22,552 nt of DNA, taken from Candidatus Fervidifonticultor quintus (GTDB taxonomy: Bacteria; Sysuimicrobiota; Sysuimicrobiia; Sysuimicrobiales; Humicultoraceae). The notes beneath the pieces were generated by a model, which was not told where the DNA came from, made no database searches, and saw nothing but the letters and a program-made list of their open reading frames with translations. Below are positions 16,248 to 22,552 of this stretch, piece by piece. Location of the stretch: contig JAVKIJ010000051.1 of the NCBI GenBank assembly GCA_031459535.1, positions 1 to 22,552 of the forward strand. The letters are read 5' to 3'. Each line of letters starts with the position of its first letter. Position 1 is the stretch's first letter. Made by a program: the position numbers and the translations under genes.

Positions 16248-17771
16248 TCACGATGCCGTCGCGCGCGCCCGGCGCCGGGCGGCGCGGTGCGCGCCGAAGC
16301 GGACCAGGTCAGCCGGCCGCACCCAGGCACCCTTGCAGATACCGCATTCCCAGATGGCAATGTCGGCAGGCATCCCCAAGGTCGCCGCCCGCACAAGAGG
16401 CGTCTGGCAGCGCGGACATGCCAAGATGGCGGCCCGGGCGCGGGTCGTGGCGCGGGGCTGAACGGCCAGCAGGTCGCGGGCGCCGGTCATGTACAGCTCG
16501 AGATCGTCGAACCAGATCCCCCCGCACGACGGGCACTGCTCCACGGGGATGGGCGCGCCATAGTGCGACGCGACCTCACGCCGAACCAAGGGCTGCGCGC
16601 AGTCGGGGCAAGTCGCGGCGCGCTGGCGCGGTGGCCGCGAGAGGGCCAGTCCAGGATCGATGCGCTCGAGCGCGGCCAGGCGCGTGGCAATCGCGGCCCC
16701 GGAGGCGGGAAAGTCAGCAGGCAGCACGCCTTCCGCCGTGAAGTATCGGTTGTGGTACGAAACGGGCATCGGCTCGCCGACAACCGGCGCCTGGCTGATC
16801 CGGAGCAGCGCCGCGTGCAGCGCCTCGGGATGCCGGGTGAACTCGACCGCCCGGAGATCGGCCAGCAGGTCCTCCTCTTGCCCCATGACGGCGTGCAGCA
16901 CCTGGGCCAGCAGATTGGCCAGGACCAGCGGCGGCGACAGCAGCATGAGCACCGCGTCGATGACGCGGCCCGGAAGGTGGCCGGTCTGCTCCACGATCGG
17001 ATCGGTGAGCACACGCAGCGCGCCCAGCCCAACCAGGAGCATCAGCCCCAGGACGAAGGCGTTCAGGACCGAGGGCCAGGTCAGGAGGAACAGCCACAAT
17101 GCCGTCGTGCCCAGCAGCCTCAATGCGTCCAGGAGAAACTCAATGGTCTGGCCTTCCTCGAGGGCCCCCGACGCGATGTGTCCTACTTCATGGGCCGCAG
17201 CCGCCTCCAGCTCCTGGGCGGTCAGCGTCGTCACCATGGCGGTGGTGAAGCACACCACCGGCTGCGCTCCCCGAAGGAGCGTAAACACCGTCGGACGGGG
17301 ATGCCCGATGATCATGACAGAGGGAGAGACGATGCCCGCAGCGATCGCGGGGCCCTCGATGGCACGACGCGCGCGCGCCGTCATCCCGACGTCAGCGATG
17401 ATGGGAAGGGCTGGCCGGCCCAGACCACTGGCGCGCAGGCGCGCCAGGAGCACGAGCAGACCGGTGATCGCCACGACGACCAGCACTAGGATGCCCTCTG
17501 GCCACGATGGGGCATACCGTTCACGAGCGACGGCGAGCAACCCGGCGACGAGACCGCCCGTGGCGAGAATCAGGAAACTGAGCGCCCCGCGGGCGACCAG
17601 GCGGCGGCGCCGCACGACCTCCACCAGATCCCACAGGGACGCCGGCTGGCGACCGCGCAGCCAGCCGGCCACACGGCGGCCGATCTCCACAGGATAGAGG
17701 GCGAGCAGCGCATAGGCGCCCGCCACGGCCACGAAGACCGCGGCAACGGGTGCGTCTGGATTACCAGACAT
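16248..17771 (-). CDS. M48 (HtpX-like) membrane metalloprotease fused to two TFIIB-type zinc ribbons
   Basis: LTAQELEAAAAHEVGH (HExxH), EEDLLAD third-ligand region, FTRHPEALHAALLRI, TM helices. C-terminal CPDC...CPSCGGIWFD and CPRC...CGICKGAW. Confidence 0.85.
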   Translation of the reverse strand: MSGNPDAPVAAVFVAVAGAYALLALYPVEIGRRVAGWLRGRQPASLWDLVEVVRRRRLVARGALSFLILATGGLVAGLLAVARERYAPSWPEGILVLVVVAITGLLVLLARLRASGLGRPALPIIADVGMTARARRAIEGPAIAAGIVSPSVMIIGHPRPTVFTLLRGAQPVVCFTTAMVTTLTAQELEAAAAHEVGHIASGALEEGQTIEFLLDALRLLGTTALWLFLLTWPSVLNAFVLGLMLLVGLGALRVLTDPIVEQTGHLPGRVIDAVLMLLSPPLVLANLLAQVLHAVMGQEEDLLADLRAVEFTRHPEALHAALLRISQAPVVGEPMPVSYHNRYFTAEGVLPADFPASGAAIATRLAALERIDPGLALSRPPRQRAATCPDCAQPLVRREVASHYGAPIPVEQCPSCGGIWFDDLELYMTGARDLLAVQPRATTRARAAILACPRCQTPLVRAATLGMPADIAIWECGICKGAWVRPADLVRFGAHRAARRRARATAS

Positions 17772-18845
17772 CTACCGGTGGCCCAGGGTGCGCCAGGCCT
17801 CGAGCTTGGCACTGACGCGGCGGATGACCTCGTCGGTGAACTCGACGGTGGTCGCCTCGCCGCCCAGGTCGAGGGTGCGCACCCCGGCCTGCACCGTCTC
17901 GAACGTGGCCTCGTAGATCGCCCGCGATGCGGCCTGCGCCGTACTGTCGGGCGCGTAGGACAAGAGGGCTGCGCCAGCCAGGATCATCGCCATCGGATTG
18001 GCGATGTTGCGCCCGTACAGACGGGGCGCGGTCCCATGCGGCGCCTCGGCCAGGACCACGGCCGAGTTGAACTCATCGTCGAGGCTGAGCACCACCGATT
18101 CGGCCCCGGCAATGCTCCCAAACATCTGGAGGATCAGATCGCTGAGAATGTCGCCGTCCCGGTTGAGGGCCGGGATCACCAGCGCTTCGCCGGTGGACTG
18201 CAGGAGGAGCGCGAAGACCGCGTCGATCAACTGGGGATCGTAGGGCACATCCGGGTGCCGGGTCGCCGCCGCGTCCATCTCTTCCTTCAGCAGGCCTTCG
18301 TAGACCGGGCTCACGGTGTACTTGGGCCCGCCAAAGACCTTGGCGCCAATCTTGCGCGCGTGACGAAATGCGAACTCCGCCACGGCGCGGCAATGGCGTC
18401 GGGAGATGGTCGTGGTCCGCATGGCGACTTCGTCTGGGCCGACGCCCTCGCGCCACTCGGTGGCGTTGTAGGCATCGCCCACCGCCATCCGGACCACAGC
18501 CACCGGTGCCACCACGCCGGTCACCGGCCGTACGCCGGGAATGCGCCGGCCCGTGCGCAGGATCACCGTGGCCCCGATCCATTCCCTCAGGAGGGCGTTG
18601 GGGCTCCCGACGTCGCCCTTCCCTTCGGGCGTGATGGTCGCGGCCTTCAGCCCGAGGCGATGCTCGAGCAGCGCATCGGCCGCCTCGCGGACCACGCGGT
18701 TGCCCGTGGCCCGCCGGTGCTCGAGGCGCAGATCGAACCGCTCGAACACGATCGGCACGCCCAGGAGGCCGGGTTGGAGCACCCGGACCGCCTCCTCGAG
18801 GAGCTCCTGACCGGTCTGATCACCTTCCAGCAGAACAATGCGCAT
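17772..18845 (-). CDS. Isocitrate/isopropylmalate dehydrogenase family protein
   Basis: IVLLEGDQTGQEL, LKAATITP, SPNALLR, NRDGDILSD, EAPHGTAP, IANPMAMILA and TLDLGG...TVEF. Start ATG 18845. Confidence 0.9.
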   Translation of the reverse strand: MRIVLLEGDQTGQELLEEAVRVLQPGLLGVPIVFERFDLRLEHRRATGNRVVREAADALLEHRLGLKAATITPEGKGDVGSPNALLREWIGATVILRTGRRIPGVRPVTGVVAPVAVVRMAVGDAYNATEWREGVGPDEVAMRTTTISRRHCRAVAEFAFRHARKIGAKVFGGPKYTVSPVYEGLLKEEMDAAATRHPDVPYDPQLIDAVFALLLQSTGEALVIPALNRDGDILSDLILQMFGSIAGAESVVLSLDDEFNSAVVLAEAPHGTAPRLYGRNIANPMAMILAGAALLSYAPDSTAQAASRAIYEATFETVQAGVRTLDLGGEATTVEFTDEVIRRVSAKLEAWRTLGHR

Positions 18846-19031
18846 GGCCGGAATGTTGCCCAATCGGTCGGTGACGGTCCTGGCGCTGATTTCTGGCAGC
18901 GCGCGGGGTGCTCCTGCCGCGTGACCTCACACCGCTCCGACCGGAGGGGCCCTGGCAGCAGGGGCGGCCACTGCGGCGGGGGAATTGGGGTGGAGAGGAT
19001 CGCGCCGCAGGGGCGCTGTGGGGGCGAATCT

Positions 19032-20024
19032 ATGCGCATCGTGCAGTCGTTGGCAGCAGTTACCCTCGTCGCGTGCGTGGCGCTGGCGGCACCGCCCACG
19101 CTCGCACAGCAGGCGTCGGGCACCGTGGTCCTCTACACCTCGGTGCCTCAGGAGCTGGCCACCGAATTCGGCCGGGCCTTCATGCGGAAATACCCGCAGA
19201 TCAAGCTGGAGATCTTGCGTTCTGGCAGCACGGAGATCGAGAAGCGCATCTACGCCGAACTGGAAACCGGCGGCATCCGCGCCGACCTCCTCTGGCTGGC
19301 CGACGCGCCCATCTTCATCACTCTTCGCGATCGCGGCGTGCTGCTGCCCTACCGATCGCCGGACGCCCGGTTCGTCCCCGCCGACTTTCGCGACAGGGGC
19401 AACCACTTCATCGCCGGCCGACTGATCAACATGATCATTGCCACCAATACCACGCTCATCCCGACCCGCGCGGCGCCCAAGTCCTGGACCGACCTGCCGA
19501 GGTACGGGAAGACCGCGGCCATGCCAAACCCCCTGTTCTCGGGCTCGGTGTTCGTGACCATTGCGACCTTCGTGCAGAAGTACGGCTGGGCCTGGTTCGA
19601 GCGAGCCCGCAAGGAGGGCATGCAGGTGCTGCGGGGCAACACCGAGGTCGCGCGCGGTCTGGCGGCGCGCGAGTTCGGCGTGGGCATGACCCTGGACTTC
19701 ATCGTCTACGGCCTGATCCAGGACGGCGCGCCGCTGGCCATCATCTGGCCCGAGGACGGCGCGGTGGCCGTCCCCAGCCCGGTCGCCATCCTCAAGAGCA
19801 GCAAGAACCCCGAGGCGGCCAAGCGCTTCGTGGACTACGTGATCAGCGTCGAGGGCCAGAAGTTCCTGGCCTCCCAGGGCGTGGTGCCCGTCCGCGAGGA
19901 CGTCGACCCGCCGAGGGGGCAGCCCAGGGCGTCAGAGATCCGGTCGCTGCCGATCCCGTTCGAGTGGGCGGCGAAGAACGCGTCGGAGATCCGCGCGCGG
20001 TTCGAGCAGATCATGATGCGGTAG
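19032..20024 (+). CDS. ABC transporter substrate-binding protein (Fe3+/thiamine/AfuA-like family)
   Basis: Signal peptide MRIVQSLAAVTLVACVALAAPPTLA, VVLYTS, ADLLW, PKSWTDL, MPNPLFSGS, IWPEDG and NPEAAKRFVDY. True start is 19032 within the 748-aa track ORF. Confidence 0.9.
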   Translation: MRIVQSLAAVTLVACVALAAPPTLAQQASGTVVLYTSVPQELATEFGRAFMRKYPQIKLEILRSGSTEIEKRIYAELETGGIRADLLWLADAPIFITLRDRGVLLPYRSPDARFVPADFRDRGNHFIAGRLINMIIATNTTLIPTRAAPKSWTDLPRYGKTAAMPNPLFSGSVFVTIATFVQKYGWAWFERARKEGMQVLRGNTEVARGLAAREFGVGMTLDFIVYGLIQDGAPLAIIWPEDGAVAVPSPVAILKSSKNPEAAKRFVDYVISVEGQKFLASQGVVPVREDVDPPRGQPRASEIRSLPIPFEWAAKNASEIRARFEQIMMR

Positions 20025-20042
20025 CGCCGCCGCCAGCCTTCC

Positions 20043-21746
20043 ATGCCGCCCGATCCCTCCTCTCCGCCCCGGGCACGCGCGCGCGGTACAGGCCCCGCCT
20101 CAGATGCCCGCGCAGCGGTGTTGGTGGTCATCGCGGTAGTCATGGTGGCGCTCGTGGTCTGGCCGGTGGCGCAGGTGATCCACCGCAGCCTACTCGTCGA
20201 CGGCGCATTCGGACTCCACCACTACCGACGGGCTCTGACCGAACCCGGCAACCTCCGCGCGCTCCTCAACACCATCTGGGTGGGGCTGGCCTCCGCGGCC
20301 CTGGCGACGGCCGCCGGCACGGGGCTGGCGTTCCTGGTGGTGCGCACCGACATGCCGGGCAAGGCCTGGCTGCGCACCGCGCTGGTCGTGCCGTATGCCA
20401 TTCCCCCGTTTTTCGGCGCCATCGCCTGGGCGCAGCTACTGGGACCGCAGGGCTACCTGATGCGGCCGCTGCTGCGCCTGCTGCACCTGGAGCAGGCGCC
20501 GTTCTCGGTCTACAGCCCATGGGGCATCGTGGGCGTCATGGCCATCCACTACTTCCCCCTGGTGTTCCTGGCCGTGGCGGGCGCGCTGGAGCGGATGGAT
20601 GCCAGCCTGGAGGAGGCCGCGCGGACCAGCGGGGCCGGCAGCCTGCGGGTGATGCGCGACGTGACGGTACCGCTGGTTCTCCCCGCGGTCCTGGCCGGCG
20701 GCCTGTTGGCATTCGTCGGCGCCATCGCCAACTTCGGTATCCCGGCCTTGCTGGGGATCCGCGCCCGCTTCTACGTCCTGACCACCAGCATCTACGCGTC
20801 GCTCAACATCCCGGATTTCTCCCTGGCGACCGCGGAGTCCATGCTCCTCGTGGCGGTGGCCTCCGGCGCCCTGCTGGCGCAGCGGCGCCTCCAGCGCGCC
20901 GAGGAACGGTACACCGTGATCGTCGGAAAGTCGATCCATCCGCAGACGTTGAAGTTGGGCCGGCTGCGCAGGCCGGCTCTGGCCGTTGCGCTGTTCTTCG
21001 CCGTGATCATCACTGTCCTGCCGCTGGCGGCTCTGGCGCTCACCTCGCTGCTGAAGTACTACGGGGCACCGCTTGAGCCTGAGAGCCTCACGACCCGGCA
21101 CTACGCCTACGTGCTCCAGCAGGAGAACATCCGCCGGGCCCTGGCCAACAGCACGATCCTGGGCCTGGCGGCGGCGACGCTGACAATGGTCCTGGGCACG
21201 TACATCGCATATGCGCATGTCCGCGCCAGGGTGCGCGGCGCCGCGCTCCTGGACAGCCTCGGCATGCTGCCCTACGCCATCCCCCACACGGTGATCGCCA
21301 TCGCCATGATCCTGGCCTGGGCGCGGCCGCCCGTCTCGCTGTACGGCACGCTGTGGATCATGCTGCTGGCCTACCTGGTGGCGTACATGCCCTACGCGCT
21401 GCGCACGAGCGCGGCCACGCTCCAGCAGGTACACGGCTCGCTCGAGGAGGCGGCCCGGATCTCGGGCGCGGGACCGCTGCGGGCGCTGCGGGACATCGTG
21501 ATCCCGCTGGTCCGGCCCGGCATGGTCGCCGGGTGGGTGCTGGTCTTCATGCCGGCGTTCCGGGAGCTGACCATGTCCATCCTCCTCTTCGGCCTGCGGA
21601 CCGAGACCATCGGGGTCATCATCTTCAACATGCAGGACTCGGGATACACGCAGATCGCCGCAGCGCTGTCGGTCCTCGTGCTCCTCATCATCGTGGGCAG
21701 CAACCTGGTCGTACGGCGCCTCACGCGGGGACAGGTGGGGTTCTGA
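20043..21746 (+). CDS. ABC transporter permease (FbpB-like, duplicated)
   Basis: Two EAA loops (LEEAARTSGA and LEEAARISGA), about 12 TM segments. Confidence 0.93.
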   Translation: MPPDPSSPPRARARGTGPASDARAAVLVVIAVVMVALVVWPVAQVIHRSLLVDGAFGLHHYRRALTEPGNLRALLNTIWVGLASAALATAAGTGLAFLVVRTDMPGKAWLRTALVVPYAIPPFFGAIAWAQLLGPQGYLMRPLLRLLHLEQAPFSVYSPWGIVGVMAIHYFPLVFLAVAGALERMDASLEEAARTSGAGSLRVMRDVTVPLVLPAVLAGGLLAFVGAIANFGIPALLGIRARFYVLTTSIYASLNIPDFSLATAESMLLVAVASGALLAQRRLQRAEERYTVIVGKSIHPQTLKLGRLRRPALAVALFFAVIITVLPLAALALTSLLKYYGAPLEPESLTTRHYAYVLQQENIRRALANSTILGLAAATLTMVLGTYIAYAHVRARVRGAALLDSLGMLPYAIPHTVIAIAMILAWARPPVSLYGTLWIMLLAYLVAYMPYALRTSAATLQQVHGSLEEAARISGAGPLRALRDIVIPLVRPGMVAGWVLVFMPAFRELTMSILLFGLRTETIGVIIFNMQDSGYTQIAAALSVLVLLIIVGSNLVVRRLTRGQVGF

Positions 21747-22552
21747 ATGGACGCAGTGGTCGTCACCAATCTCTGGAAGGAGTTCGACGGCACCGTCGCG
21801 GTGCAGGCGGTCTCGTTCGCGGTCGGCGCCGAGGAGTTCTTCACGCTGTTGGGGCCCAGCGGCTGCGGCAAGACCACCACGCTGCGGTGTGTCGCCGGCC
21901 TGGAGGCGCCCACCGCGGGTGAGATCGCGATCGGCGGACAGCTGGTCAGTTCTGCGGCGTCCGGGGTCTTCGTGCCACCGGAGCGGCGCCGGCTGGGCAT
22001 GGTGTTCCAGAACTATGCCGTGTGGCCCCACAGGACCGTCTTCGACAACGTGGCCTACCCCCTCAGGATCGCTGGCCAGCCCCGCGCGGCGATCGCAGCC
22101 CGGGTGGCCGAAATCCTGGAGATGGTCGAGTTGCGGGGGCTGGAGCGCCGGTACCCCCACCAGCTCTCCGGCGGCCAGCAGCAGCGCGTGGCGCTGGGCC
22201 GGGCGCTGGCCGGCCGACCGCAGGTCCTCCTGCTGGACGAACCGCTGTCGAACCTGGACGCCAAGCTGCGCGAGCAGATGCGCTTCGAGCTGAAGGAGCT
22301 GCAGCGTCGCATGCGTATCCCGGTGCTTTATGTCACCCACGACCAGGCCGAGGCCATGGCGCTCTCGGATCGGCTGGCGGTCATGTCAGCAGGCCAGATC
22401 GCCCAGGTCGGCCGGCCAGCCGAGGTCTATGGCCAGCCGGCCTCGCGGTTCGTGGCGGAGTTCATCGGCCAGATGAACTTCCTGGAGGCGACGGTCACGG
22501 ACACTGAAGGCGGCAGCGCCCGCGTCGGGGTCTACGGCTACGAGTGCACCGC
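21747..22552 (+). CDS. ABC transporter ATP-binding protein (FbpC/PotA-like), truncated by window edge
   Basis: Not in the ORF track. ATG directly follows the permease TGA. Translation shows GPSGCGKT, MVFQNYA, LSGGQQQRVALGRAL, LLLDEPLSNLD and VTHDQ. Confidence 0.95.
   Translation, partial: MDAVVVTNLWKEFDGTVAVQAVSFAVGAEEFFTLLGPSGCGKTTTLRCVAGLEAPTAGEIAIGGQLVSSAASGVFVPPERRRLGMVFQNYAVWPHRTVFDNVAYPLRIAGQPRAAIAARVAEILEMVELRGLERRYPHQLSGGQQQRVALGRALAGRPQVLLLDEPLSNLDAKLREQMRFELKELQRRMRIPVLYVTHDQAEAMALSDRLAVMSAGQIAQVGRPAEVYGQPASRFVAEFIGQMNFLEATVTDTEGGSARVGVYGYECT

Noticed and set aside
17778-19031. 748-aa fusion ORF in the track
   Set aside because: Its 5' part is the antisense shadow of the dehydrogenase. 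The signal peptide starts at 19032.
18846-19031. Riboswitch or CRP site upstream of the ABC operon
   Set aside because: No TPP, cobalamin or Moco core motifs seen, and GTGACCTCAC lacks the 6-nt CRP spacer.
18908-22340. Long alternative ORFs (722 aa + and 634 aa -)
   Set aside because: Arg/Gly/Pro-rich or antisense shadows of the ABC genes, as expected in high-GC DNA.
1-22552. CRISPR array, tRNA/rRNA, IS or prophage
   Set aside because: No regularly spaced repeats, cloverleafs, transposase, integrase or phage motifs found by eye.

Overview
High-GC bacterial chromosomal window with about 19 genes and no rRNA, tRNA, CRISPR array or mobile element. Left to right: a partial B3/4-like gene and a PflX-type radical SAM gene (-); a lipoprotein and a stand-alone cNMP-binding protein (+); a minus-strand signalling cluster [DUF3307 membrane protein > class III adenylate cyclase-STAND ATPase-TPR gene broken by three frame changes > second cNMP-binding protein with a degenerate phosphate-binding cassette > FOXRED2-like flavoprotein]; an EamA transporter; an orphan prepilin; a CxxC protein > tandem GNAT > C45 Ntn-hydrolase operon; a sigma70 promoter and PyrR-type attenuator (with an apparent leader ORF) ahead of an atypical cytosine-deaminase-like amidohydrolase; an XRE regulator with an upstream tandem repeat; an isocitrate/isopropylmalate dehydrogenase > M48 protease-double zinc ribbon fusion > DUF2207 operon; and an Fe3+/thiamine-family ABC transporter running off the right edge. 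The best candidates for undescribed biology are the cyclase/cNMP-receptor/flavoprotein/DUF3307 module and the PyrR-controlled amidohydrolase. All family calls come from motif recognition by eye; no searches were run.
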